From: Octopus vulgaris
Lineage: Eukaryota
Assembly: GCA_951406725.2 (NCBI GenBank)
Contig: OX597841.1
Location: 20,398,001-20,462,000, forward strand
Direction: 5' to 3'
DNA: 64,000 nt
This document shows, one piece after another, positions 27,893 through 40,168 of this stretch; positions within the stretch are counted from its first letter, which is position 1, and every line of letters starts with the position of its first letter. The position numbers and the translations under genes were made by a program. The notes beneath the pieces were generated by a model. It was not told the origin of the DNA. It worked only from the letters and a program-made list of their open reading frames with translations, and made no database searches.

Positions 27893-30326
27893 TCATCATC
27901 ATCATCATTTAGCGTCCGTTTTCCATGCTAGCATGAGTTGGACGGTTCAACTGGGGTCTGAAGCTGGGAGGCTTCATCAGGCCCAGTCAGATCTAGCATT
28001 GTTTCTACAGCTGGATACCCTTCCTAACGCCAACCACTCCGTGAGTGTAGTGGGTGCTTTTTACGTGCCACCCGCACAGGTGCCAGACAGAGCAGGCAAA
28101 CGGATGGTGCTTTTACGTGCCACTGGCACGGGGGCCAGGCGAGGCTGGCAACGGACATGAACGGATGGTGCTTTTACGTGCCACCAGCACGGAGGCCAGA
28201 CAGGGCGGCGCCGGCAACAACCACGATCGGATGGTTCGCCTAACCACAGCTGCAATTTCCACTGATGTTGATCGACCTCAATTTTGGTTCTGCTTTCTGA
28301 TTTGATTTGGTTTGATTTTGATTTTGACTGTTCTCACTGGTCTTGCCGGGTCTTCTCACGCACAGCATACTTCCATAGGTCTCGGTCTCTAGTCATTTCC
28401 TCGGTGAGACCTAAAGTTCGAAGGTCGTGCTTCACCACCTCGTCCCAGGTTTTCCTGGGTCTACCTCTTCCACAAGTCCCCTCAACTGCCAGGGTGTGGC
28501 ACTTTTTCACATACCTATCTTCATCCATTCTTGCCACATGACCATACCAGCGCAATCATCTCTCTTGCACACAACAACTGATGCTTCTTAGGTCCAACTT
28601 TTCTCTAAAGGTATTTACACTCTGTCAACTATGAACACTGACATTACACATCCAATGGAGCATACTAGCTTCATTTCTTGTGAGCTTATGCAAATCCTCA
28701 GCAGTCACAGCCCAAGTTTCACTACCATGTAGCATGGCTGTACGTACACATGCATCATACAGTCTGCCTTTTACTTTGAGCGAGAGGCCTTTTGCCACCA
28801 GCAGGGGTAAGAGCTCTCTAAACTTTGCCCAGACTTTGCCCACACTTTCAGCACACCCACCCCCGCTACTGACTTGGTCACCTAGGTAGCGGAAGCTATC
28901 AACTACTTCTAGTTTTTCTCCCTGAAATGTGATAGAAGTTGGTCTCTGCATATTTTCAGAGTTTATTGCTCCTGAGCATCTGCCACAGATAAAAACTATT
29001 TTCCTAGTTAGTCTTCCTTTGACATTACTACATCTCTTATGTGTCCATAGCTTACATTTGGTGCATCTTATAGAGTTTCTACCTACACCTTTTCTACAGA
29101 TCGAGCAAGGCCATCTACCTGAAGGCGTTTGTGATTGGTCTACCTTCCTACTTATTACGACTTTGGTTTTGGCTAGGTTGATTCTGAGGCCCTTCAATTC
29201 TAAACCTTGCTTCCATACCTGAAACTTCTCCTCCAGTTCTGATAGAGCAAGGTCATCAGCATAGAGGAGCTCCCAGGGGCATCCTGTTTTGAATTCCTCT
29301 GTTATTGGGAGCTGAGGACTGAACCTTGGTGGACCCCAACCTCTACCCTGAATTCTTCACTGTACTCGATGCCAACCCTCAGCTTACTAACAGCGTCTCT
29401 GTACATGGCTTGTACAGCTCTCACTAACCATTCATCTATCCCTAGTTTCCTCACTGACCACCAGATAAGGGATTGGGGGACCCTGTCAAAGGCTTTCTCC
29501 ATATCGACAAAAGCCAGGTATAGGGGCTTGTCTTTGGCTAGGTATTTCTCCTGCAGCTGTCTTACCAGGAAAATAGCATTAGTAGTACTTTTCCCTGGCA
29601 TGAACCCAAACTGCATCTGATCTGAGCTAACTCTCTCTCTAATTAGTTGGGTTATAACCCTCTCCGTAACCTTCATTACCTCATCTAGCAGCTTGATACC
29701 CCTGTAGTTATTTGTATCTAGGGCGTCACCTTTACCTTTGTAGCAGTTGACTATTATGCTGCTACACCAGTCATTGGGAATGACTCCTTAATACAGGTGA
29801 TTAGGCTATAGCCGACACTACCAGATATTTTGAGCATCTCTGCAGTAATTCCTGATGGACCTGGGGCTTTCCCTGTTTTCATGCTTGTAATTGCCTTAAC
29901 TACTAAGGAACTGTCAACTCGGATTGCTGGTCCCTCTGTTGGGTCAACATTCGGCAGACTCTCTTTATCCCATTCATTTTCCTCAATCAGCAACCTTTCA
30001 TAGTGCGTCTCCAAACCTCTCTCTTTGCATCCTCATTTAGCGCAAGTGAGCCGTCATCCGTGCGAACACATTTTTCTCCTACCACGTCACGATTCTCTCT
30101 CACACACTGTCTTGCTTTACGAAATACCTCAAGTCTTTCATCCTCACGGTGCAGGACATTGGCAAATTTTTTCTTATCTGCTAAATAAATCTGGCTAAAT
30201 AAATCTGCCTCCTAGTTTCCCTTCTTGCAGTCTGATACACTTCCCTGCTACCACCGTTCTTCCAGTCCTTCCAAGCCTGTTTCTTTTGTCTAATAGCCCT
30301 GTCAACAGTATTGTTCCACCACCACG
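27893..30326 (-). mobile_element. 5'-truncated RTE LINE (RT, PHD-type finger, 3' UTR)
   Basis: MKTGKAPGPSG, QFGFMPG, FVDMEKAFDRV, GVHQGSVLS; frameshifts. Confidence 0.95.
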
Positions 30327-30348
30327 TTATATATATATACATATATAT

Positions 30349-30880
30349 ATGAGCAAAACGCCCCCTCCCCTGTCCAATGGACGGTGCTGAGTTGTCAAAC
30401 ATTTAAACCAAATTTTCTCAAAACAACTTGTCCGACCGTCCCATAAGAAACACTGATTTAACCTAAATTTGAGACACCAGCAAAAGAAGAAATAAAGATA
30501 GACATTTTTTCTATTCCAAAGCAAAACGATTTTATTCACACAAATATGCAACCGAAGAGTTTAAAGTACCAGTAATGATAAGGCTGTTGACTGGGAGAAC
30601 ACAAACATGGCTTAAATAGTAAGCTTGGTAGGAAAGAAACGTGCCTTTAAGCAGTACAAAAACAACAAAAAATGGAAGCTGCAGTTATGTACAGGTTGAA
30701 AAGCAGGACAAAAACGGCTTTATCGATTGCATTCTCACCTGGAATCAATTTTTGTAATTTTTTCACGTCCTGATACCTGATACGTATCTACGTATCAAAT
30801 TTGAGCACAATCGGATGAAGGATGCCCGAGATCCGAGAAGACACACAGACAGACAGACAGAACGGATTTCATATAAGATA
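30349..30880 (+). mobile_element. Possible non-autonomous Helitron-like repeat (5' part repeated at 39679-39750)
   Basis: About 70 bp nearly identical between copies; ends (CAGA)n...tttcatataagat. Confidence 0.45.
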
Positions 30881-31045
30881 TATATATATATATAAAACAG
30901 GCAAAAATGCTAGTTGCAAAATCTCTTTAAGAGATCAATGCAGTAGTTGCACTATCTCTTGCAAAATCAGTCACTGTGTGTTTGCTTGAAATATATATAT
31001 ATTGCAAGCAGAAGTGAGCTACAGCCATCTCAAGCAGATGAGGTG

Positions 31046-31110
31046 TCTAATACTGAAGAGTGGCAAAAATAGCCCAAAACTAGGACTGGTCTGCTGGTCC
31101 CGTCACTAGA
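31046..31110 (+). ncRNA. Degenerate hammerhead with extended stem III
   Basis: CTGAAGA GTGGC..GCCC AAAAC TAGGACTGG TCTG CTGGTCCC GTC ACTAGA; G12 changed to A. Confidence 0.5.
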
Positions 31111-31254
31111 AGGGGTCTGCTCCCCTGCTTGCAATTTATCAGATGCTGCTCTGCATCACTAACCAGCTAGAAGAGATGTCCTCTTGGGGTTAAAAAATTG
31201 TAGTAGAGTCCATTCAAACAAACAGCCATGTTGAAGTGGCTACAAGTATTACTT

Positions 31255-31285
<31 letters not shown>

Positions 31286-31869
31286 TCATTGAATTAAAGT
31301 ATTTTAACATTCAGGATGCCAGGAAAGAGTCAAGTTCAGCACACACATTCATACATACATGTACATATATGAACATATTCATACATTTATATATATGTAG
31401 ACGTGACTTAGTGGTTAGGGTAATTGGATGATGATCGTAAGTTCATGAGTTCAATTCCCAGTGGTGCATTGTATCCTTGAGCAAGACACTTCATTTCACA
31501 GTGCTCCAGTCCACTTAGCTAGCAAATCAGGAGTAGTACCTTATCACACTCAGTTACGGTTATGCATGTCTGTGGAGCGCTCAGCCACTTGCACGTTAAT
31601 TTCACGAGCAGGCTGTTTCTGTTGATTGGATCAACTGTAACCCTTGACGTTGTAACCGATGAAGTGCTAGTAGTAGTATATGCATACATATATACACACA
31701 TAAGCATATGCAGGCAAATATACAACCATGCACATATGCATGTAAGTTCATGACACAATGCAAGTTCCAGATCCAACATTGGAAAGATTCCATGTATGGT
31801 ATTTGCATAAAATAAGAACACAAATGCGTTAAATGTTCACTATAGTTGTTTGAGACACATTTTTCATTG

Positions 31870-32390
31870 ATGAATAGTTCAGTTACATCATGGAAAAACT
31901 GTTTTCATCAGAGAAAAAATACCTCAAGATGTTTATTGACTCTCTGAGTGAGACATTATTGAAGAGAATGAAAACACATTAAGAGTTGGCTAGATTCAAC
32001 TGGTTTTCATATCAGAGGTCAAAGAGCCATAAAACAATAATCAGATATTAACCAGAATTAATTTATTTCTTGAAATGGGATTAGATAGATAACTAAGATG
32101 AATAGCTTGCAAACAGATTTCTCCTCTGCAAAGTGAAAATGAAGCAGATTCAGAATATTTTCTGAGAATATACACTTTCAAATCTTTTTAAAAATTGCAG
32201 CTGTTTGAAACGAAACGTTTGACAAATTCTGTTGAACTACTGTTATTGAGCCTGACATCGAAACAAGGATATTTCTTTGCTACATCCTGGTAACTTTCCT
32301 GCAACACTTGAAATGCCAGTGAAATTCTGTCATCTATTGTATTGTGTTTGCTAAGATTATGCACGAAGGTTTGACTATCTTTGCTAATCT
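31870..32390 (-). mobile_element. Possible decayed hAT transposase C-terminal remnant
   Basis: Minus-strand translation with stops includes SHSES..GIFSLMKTV, resembling the hAT dimerisation motif. Confidence 0.3.
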
Positions 32391-32978
32391 CCTTTTTCTT
32401 TTTTTCCTTCACCCTTCTTCGTTCCTTTTTCTCTCTCTTCCCTTCTTTCGTTTTTTTCTCTAACTGATACTGATGCAACTTTACATCCCCCTTACTTAAG
32501 CTTTACTCAGTATATGGGAATCGCTACATCGATGATTTTAACTTGCGTGCGAGATAGATTGCGTGCATATATGTACGCATGCATTTATGTGTATATTTTA
32601 GATTTATATTTATACGTCTGTATATGTATGGCGTTTGCACGCATCCTTCTGTGTATGTTGATATATATATGTACACTTTAATATAAATATGTATTGCAGT
32701 GTAATATTTATAACGGGTTTAATTTTTATGCATTAATTATACTTTCTTCATTAACGTCAATATGTATTTTATTCAATGTAAGGTTTTTTCCTCGAATTTT
32801 ATAATTTTTATAATTTTTTATATATATATACATATTTTTTTGAGCTTTTTTTGTTTATCACTCGAAGATTGACCGTTATTTCTAAAGGGCCAATCAAACA
32901 AGTCCATTTTTTTTTTAAAGGTGTAGCGTTTGTAAGAGTCTAGATTGAATTGATATATCGGTTCCATTCTAGCAAAAA

Positions 32979-33016
32979 CTGTCTGATGAATGGCAACGAG
33001 AAACTCAGAGTAACAG
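32979..33016 (+). ncRNA. Minimal type I hammerhead motif
   Basis: CTGT CTGATGA ATGGCAACGA GAA ACTCAGAGT A ACAG; stem II vestigial. Confidence 0.7.
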
Positions 33017-33049
33017 ATTTTGTTGAATTTTCTGCTGCTCTAAATAAAG

Positions 33050-33080
<31 letters not shown>

Positions 33081-33879
33081 GGATAATGAAAAGAAAGTTC
33101 ATGGTACAGTATTATACATTTGAAAAAATGAGTAAAGATGGCTTTTTAGGGGACAATTTTTATTTTAATAATAATGTTTACAGTGAGCGATTCTAGTATG
33201 AGTTTCAAGCTTCAAATAAAAATCGTCCCCCAAAAACCCTCTCAACCCATTTCCTCAAATATACATACATATATATGTATATCATAATCTGCGTTTTATC
33301 GCATGTCCAATAATTTATTTGGTCTCTTCTTGACCACTTCTGAGAGGCATTTCTCAACAGATTTAATTAAAGCTTTAAGTCTTAATCTAGAAATTTAAAT
33401 ATGTCATTAACCAACCTAAAGTTCATTTATGTCTAAACACTGCTTGCTGCTGTGAATATTTCCTCACCTTGCAGTCTGTTGGTGCAAATTAGTCAATGTT
33501 GTTGACTGTGTTTTAGTTAAAGCTTTAAGTTGACTCAGATTTGTCTCTCTTTGGTATTTTCCATTGAATATAGCTAAAGAGCTAGAAACAGATTTGGGAA
33601 TCTGGCAGGGGGCAGCACTGGATGGACAGATATGGTGTTTTTATACCTTTTTTTGCCACAAGAGAGACATTTTTTCTCCACAGTAACTGCAGTGGGTTTG
33701 ACTTTAGAAGTTGAAATATGTCACAATCATACTTTAACTAACCTAAAGTTCATACACACACACAGATTGATAGATACACATACAAACACACTCGCATGAC
33801 ACATGAGCAGAAGGATAGACAGGCATGCAGTTGAAATTATTGAAGCAAATAACTGTCCAGTCTCTGGTTGTTTACTCAC

Positions 33880-33981
33880 CTGTGACAGGTAAAGTGGGTC
33901 CATAGTGTAAAACTGGATCAGGGCCAGCAACTTCTCTGTAAGACTGTCAGTGAACTCACTCAGGCAGAAGTTGAGATTTAA
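33880..33981 (-). CDS. Internal coding exon of host gene (LNLNFCLSEFTDSLTEKLLALIQFYTMDPLYLSQ)
   Basis: ccttttgccatgccag acceptor, CAG|gtgagt donor, 102 nt, phase 0/0, in frame with the 26566 exon. Confidence 0.7.
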
Positions 33982-34566
33982 CTGGCATGGCAAAAGGAGA
34001 CAGAGACAGATGTTAAGAAATGACAAATACAAAGAAAAACAGACGATGCGTAAACACAAGCAAACACAAAACAAAACCAAAGACACCCACACACACAGCC
34101 AACAAACAGCACACAAATATCAGATTTGCCCTTTTACCAAAAGCAAATTTCTTCAACTGTGAAATTCATAATATTTTGAAATTATCTCCCCTTTTCATTC
34201 AGTGTTGCTAATGATTATTATCAGGTTTTTTTTTTTATTTCATTCTCTGAGTGTGAAGATAATTCTAATAAATTAAGAATTTATTGTGTATGAGACATTC
34301 ACTACACCTCTATAAACTTTGAGTTATTTTCTCTTACCGCCTTTTTGTTCTTCCCATCATGCTTTAACCTATTTGCACTGTATTTCTCCACTCTTAATTT
34401 TCTGTTAATTTCTTTCTTTCTCCTCCTTCTCTTTCTCTAAGTTGCCCTTGACATTAAATCTGTTAACAGTTTTTTAAGAAATAACTTGCCAGCATTCCCT
34501 TCATCATATACGCAGTAATCACATTCAGTTAAAATGAATTATTGATGTGTTTTGTTTCTCTTTTTA

Positions 34567-34647
34567 TTCCTAAGAAGATCGCATTGTTTTACATCATTTT
34601 ATTCCCTCTGGAATAATACCAATGTTTTCTTCGAAACATATGTCGAA
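34567..34647 (+). ncRNA. Degenerate hammerhead (CUGANGA box shortened)
   Basis: TTC CTAA GAAGA..GCATTG...CAATGT..TCTTC GAA ACATATGT C GAA. Confidence 0.5.
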
Positions 34648-34732
34648 AGTATAAAGATTTGAATAACACTTGCGTTTAACTCCATTTCCTAATTTATATA
34701 TATTTAATCATATATATATATATATATATATA

Positions 34733-35709
34733 CAGGGGTTGGACAAAATAATAGAAACACCTTAAAATTTCAAATAAATTCATTTTAATAAATTCATTTT
34801 AATTTGAATTCTATGAGGTATGGACTCGTACAGAGTTTGTATTGTTTCAAAGGAATTTTTGTCCATTCTTCTGCTGAAACAGTCTCCAGTTCTTGTAGCG
34901 ATGATGGTGGAGAATATCGACTCCTTACTTGTTTTTCTAAAATGCACCATAAATGTTCAATAATATTGAGATCTGGGGTCTGTGGTGTCCAGGTAAGATG
35001 CTCAACTTCACTAGAATGTTCCTCGTGCCATTCAGTAACAACTTTAGATGTGTGAATTGGTGCATTATTATCCTGAAAGATTGCGTTTCCCCCCAGAAAC
35101 AGTTCTGCAACCATAGGATGAATTTGATCAGATAAAATGCTTAAATAGTCTTGACTTTTAATTCTGCCATGTATTTCCAAGTGTATTTCCAAGATATAGC
35201 CCCCCCCCCAGATAATCACTGATCCTCCTCCATGTTTAACAGTTGGAAGAAAGCAGTCTGGGTCAAATGCTTCTTATGGCTGTCTCCGCATGTACACTCA
35301 TCTGGTGGTTGGATGAGTATACAGTATAGGGTAAAGGATGACTTGTCTGAGAAAATAACATTCTTCCACTGCTCTAGGGACCAATTCTGTAGGTTTTTAC
35401 TCCACTCTAAATGCTTTGCAACGTTTGTTTTGAAAGTGGCTTTGTGCAGCTCCCAGCAAGCAGTTTTTGTGGAAACTGGATTCTCGAGGTGGTCATTAAG
35501 CTCTGCAGAAATTTTGGGAGCTGTACTTTTGTGATCCTTTCAATGGTCCCTATCTGAAAGTTTTGTTTCACTGAAGTGGTTTTTCCCTCTTTCTTAAAGG
35601 CTGTCATTTCTTTCGAAACAGTACTTCTTGATACATCAAACATTTTGCCTGTTTTTATTAAGCTAGTGCCTGCCATACAATTTGACCTCTTTGAAAGTCC
35701 GATAGATTT
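34733..35709 (-). mobile_element. Tc1-family transposon, decayed, one TIR only
   Basis: TA + caggggttggacaaaata TIR; FQDNNAPIH, WTPQTPDLNIIEHLW; breaks near the ORF start. Confidence 0.9.
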
Positions 35710-36487
35710 GTATGTAGGGGCCCATCCTTGAGTTAAACCAGGGCCCCTACATTCATCAGATATTCTTTGCAAGGTCTTGGGAAGTTTGGTTTCTGTGAAG
35801 TCTTCAAAATAACATATAGTAATGTACTTGGTGAAGAAAATAGCTTTCTATGGAGGACATCTCTATATTTAGCTGCCAGTGCAATTCTTTGCAGATATTC
35901 TTCTCTGTCCTATGGAAGCAGCTAAAGTGAAGATTCAGACATCTGCAGGTTATGCTAATACTTTGAGAGAATGTCTTCCAAAAATGATCAAGGAAGAAGG
36001 CATGACTAGTTTCTATAAAGGTATTGTTTCACAGTGGGGACAACAAATTCCTTACACAATGATGAAGTTTGCTGATTTTGAAAGAACCGTTGAATTTTTG
36101 TACAATTATGTACCTAAGCCTCGTTCTGAATGTTCCAAATCAAAGCTGGTTATATCGCTGGTGTAGTCTGAGCTAGTGTACCTCACCCCGCCGACACCCT
36201 CATATCAAAACTGAACCAAGCTAAAGGGAGAAGCATGGGAGAAATTGTTAAGGAACTTGGATTTGCAGGTCTGTGGAAAGGACTTGGTCCCCGTATTATC
36301 ATGATTGGTACATTAACAGCTATGCAGTGGTTTATTTATGACACTGTAAAAGTAGTGTTTAAACTTCCACGACCACCACCACCACAAACAATGCCGGAAA
36401 GTCTAAAGAAGAAACTTGGTATAGTTGAATAAGTTTAGGAACTGATGACACATCCTTCCTGTTTTTTCTCTCTCCTTCACTCTCTAC

Positions 36488-36490
<3 letters not shown>
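35710..36490 (+). pseudogene. SLC25A3: Processed pseudogene of mitochondrial phosphate carrier
   Basis: APTFI-YSLQGLGKFGF-EVFK, LWRTSLYLAAS, FFADILLCPMEAAKVKIQT, QIPYTMMKFA, GLWKGLGPRIIMIGTLTAMQWFIYD, MPESLKKKLG*; no introns, frameshifts, 5' truncated. Confidence 0.92.
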
Positions 36491-36553
<63 letters not shown>

Positions 36554-36653
36554 ATAGAAATGGTAAGACAACCAAGGAATGAAAGAGACCTCGATTTTAT
36601 GTAAATGAGGAATTTATCTGTAAATATAATATGTGACAATTATTTGGAAGCCA

Positions 36654-36716
36654 AGATAAAAGTTGGAGCTTTGGATGTCGGGGCAGAAACCCGCAGCCAC
36701 ATCTCTTCAGTTATCC
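36654..36716 (-). ncRNA. Hammerhead motif with G12 changed to C
   Basis: Minus strand GGATAA CTGAAGA GATGT...ACATC CAA AG CTCCAA CT T TTATCT. Confidence 0.55.
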
Positions 36717-36834
36717 GGCCATCGAAAAATGCTATGAAAATGACTGTTAAACAAAGGGAAATTACTGTGTGATTGACCGTAATTAAGACAAAAGAGTTAT
36801 TTGAATGACCACTAAATAAGGGGACGGAGTAAAA

Positions 36835-37400
36835 GGTAAAGGAGTAAAAATGCTCAAAGCAATCACGTAGGCACTCATGTCCATACATACACATGCATGG
36901 CCACACACCCACGTACAGGTGCCTATACACATCTACACACACATGCTCACACACACATTCGCCAAAAAATATATACATACCCGCACACACAAAACGGGTT
37001 CATATACACGTCTATATATGCACAAGAAAAAAAACAGGGTGAAAGGCAAAATACAGAAAAATGTGTAAAAAATAAAGCAATAAAAATATAAAAAGTAAAG
37101 GAGTAAAAATGCTCAGAGAATTCGCGTATGTGCACATGTCCATACATACACAGGCACACACACACACCCACATACATGTGCCTATATGTGCCACACTCAC
37201 TTGAAACACACACATGCGGAACCACACATATGCCAAAAAAATATAATATATATACATACCTGCACACACGCACACACACGTGCACATAAAAAAAATTCAT
37301 ATACATGTCTATATATGCAGATGCACAAGAAAAAATGCAGGGTGGAAGGTAAAATACAAAAAAATGTGTAAAAAATATATGAGCAATAAAAATATAAAAC
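36835..37400. repeat. Diverged tandem duplication, about 260-300-bp units
   Basis: gtaaaggagtaaaaatgctca...aaaatgtgtaaaaaata occurs twice. Confidence 0.75.
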
Positions 37401-37849
37401 AATATCTCTATAAATATGTAAAAATATGTAAAAAATATATAAGAAATATAAGTAATATAATAATATATAAAGCAAGTTGTATCTGTGATCTGGTGGGGGA
37501 CCAAAAATAAAATAAATATTTAGCCACATTTGGATATGATCCGAAAAGTTCAATTTTTGAATTTAGACATATAGCAAGGTCTAAGCTGCTTTTCCAGATG
37601 AGCCATCTTTCCATATTATAAAGACCACATTTTCCACTGCCGTTCATGTAAGGCTTACACTTGGCTAAGATCTTCCAATGGACACCGTTGCACACCTGAG
37701 TATGCATGGACATTGTCTCTGTGAGGCCCAACATTCGAAGGTCATGCATCACCACCTCATCCCATATCTTCCTGGGTTTACCTCTTCCACAGGTTCTTTC
37801 CACAGTTATATATATATGTATGTATCTCTCCTTGTTTCTTTCTGTGTCC

Positions 37850-37885
37850 CTTTCTGAAGAAGAGCATAGGCTCGAAACGTAAAAG
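37850..37885 (+). ncRNA. Minimal type I hammerhead motif (36 nt)
   Basis: CTTT CTGAAGA A GAGC ATAG GCTC GAA ACGT A AAAG; stem III is only the ACGU palindrome. Confidence 0.75.
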
Positions 37886-38029
37886 ACTTTTTCTTTTCCT
37901 GAGCATTATACTAATACATCTGTTTGTTTTGTACACCACCTGTCTTCGTCTTCTGTTTTTTTCGTAAACTTTCGCTATATATATCTATATACATACATAC
38001 ACACACACACACATATATATATAAAGAAA

Positions 38030-38685
38030 GAAAATAAGACAAGGTAGAAAATGCTAAAATAATTTTATCATGAAGAACATTTTAGCACAGTTTCAGTCTT
38101 TGCAACTTTTACAACTTAGAGTAAAGCATGAAAAAGAAATGAAATTGTAGAAAAATTAAATGAAATGTTTTTTTAAAATATTTCCATAGTTTTCAAATAG
38201 AGATATTTTCCTTTTTTCTGTCTGTCTCTCTCCTTTTTTACTCTTGTGAAGGCTTGGTAGTAGGGAGTAGCAGTCTTAAAAGAATATACATACATAAATA
38301 CATACATGGATACATACATACATATATAGATACATACATACACACACGCACACACACACACACACACGCACACACACATATATATGCACATACATATACA
38401 CGTGTTCACATGCATATATACAAACACTTGCCCAAACACACATCAACTCCCTACTTCCAAGCCTTCACAGGAGTAAAAAAGAGAGACAGAAAAAAGGAAA
38501 ATATCTCTTGTATTTGAAAACTATGGAATTATTTTTAAAAAGTATTTCATTTAATTTTTCTACAATTTCATTTCTTTTTCATGCTCTCCTCTAAGTTGAA
38601 AAAGTTGCAATGACCGAAACCAGCACTAAAATGTTCTTCATGATAAAATTATTTTAGCATTTTCTACCTTGTCTTATTTTCCTTT
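38030..38685. repeat. Inverted duplication (about 240-bp arms) around a microsatellite, each arm with a decayed U3-A8 hammerhead-like motif
   Basis: Right arm 38592-38630: TAAG TTGAAAA AGTT GCAAT GACC GAAACCA GCA CTAA. Confidence 0.8.
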
Positions 38686-39279
38686 TACTCATGTGTTCCT
38701 TTTTAACCTACATAAACACACACACACACACACACACACACGCACGTATGTATGTATGTATGTATGTATATTGCATTTTATAGAAGCTAAAAACACTTCA
38801 GAACCACAAACTAGTTTCACATGAACAATCATCAGACAAAAGCTAAGTTTTGGAACTAGAAATTAGCTTATAAATGGAGCAAAGATAATTATTTTATAAG
38901 TTAACAAATAAGCATTCAAAGCATGTTGGGCTTGAGGTGATGAGTTGAAAAATTAATGGAATCTGCAGAATAGAACAACTGAGCATTGATGAATGAGACT
39001 ATAAAGATTAAAAAGAAAGGTTGAAAAGAACTTAACGTACATGGTGAGGGTCTTTCTTAAATCTTTAATTCTATCAGATTGTTTGTTTTTCTTTTGCTGC
39101 AATCATTATAACTATTACAAGGTGATGGTGGTGGTGGTGGTGGCTATGATGGCAGTGATGGTGACGACGACAATGTGGATGAGGATGACAATGACAATGA
39201 TGATTATGACAGTGACCAATATTTCCATATTGGTCTCTGTCTCAGAATTAAGATAATATCATTGTTGGTGGGGTGATGA

Positions 39280-39313
<34 letters not shown>

Positions 39314-39963
39314 GGGGAATATGATGGGGAGAGGGATATTTATAATTATATACTCACCACACATTCTGAAATATCAAAGTATATAAAATTGATCTGAATT
39401 TATTTGTTAAGAAATCTTTTGGGAATGACAGTTTCGAATTCAAATTTACTTGGCAGCAATATCATGGACAAATGACTTCTACAAATAGTTGCTGTTTGCC
39501 AATGACTAGCAAGTGGAATTTAGTGACAAAAAACTGGGTGAGGCTCATTGAATGAAGAAAAAAGGGAAGATAGATAGACAGACAAATAAATTGATGTGTG
39601 TGTTTGTGCAAGTATGTTTGTATACATGCATCTGAACATGCGTATATGTATGAGCATATATATGTATGTATGTATGTATGAGCAAAACGCCCCCACCCCT
39701 GTCCAACGGACGGTGCTGAGTTGTCAAACATTTAAACCAAATTTTCTCAATCTTCTGTATTGACTGCTTTCCACCACTTTGATCTGTTTTTTGTATTGAA
39801 TACGTATCGCCACCGTGGGCCACTGCATCGAACACTTTGAACATATAGCATGAATGAACTTACTTCAAACTATATATGAACTTTAAGATGTCTGACTCCG
39901 TTGTGTATTGTAAATGAATTTCTTGTGTTTGACGGCATGAGCTGTCTTTTTTTTTTATATATA

Positions 39964-40011
39964 ACGTTTTTTGATAAGGTTCATTTCAGGAACTGAAACA
40001 TGTTATAATGT
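39964..40011 (+). ncRNA. Hammerhead motif with compensated U3-A8 core (UUGAUAA)
   Basis: ACGTTTT TTGATAA GGTTC ATTTCAG GAACT GAA ACATGT T ATAATGT. Confidence 0.65.
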
Positions 40012-40066
40012 ATATATAAAAATTAAAAATTGTATAATATAGCAGCATTTTCGAACTTCATTTTTT

Positions 40067-40119
<53 letters not shown>

Positions 40120-40168
40120 TATATACCATCAGTAGTTCATATATTTGAAAAAGAAGCATACTCTAAAA

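Noticed and set aside
32201-32289. Plus-strand AG...GT candidate exon
   Set aside because: No partner exons on plus; region better explained as decayed transposon sequence
35712-35759. Minus-strand CTGATGA followed by a perfect 12-bp hairpin, resembling a hammerhead
   Set aside because: Both arms are SLC25A3 coding sequence (WAPT) from the 5' inversion; no GAAA box or stem I
34733-36490. Tc1 that captured SLC25A3 as cargo
   Set aside because: Second TIR not found beyond the retrocopy, so adjacency rather than capture
38805-38840. Minus-strand CTGATGA...GAAACTAGTT as an intact hammerhead
   Set aside because: Stem I and stem II do not pair; counted only as degenerate
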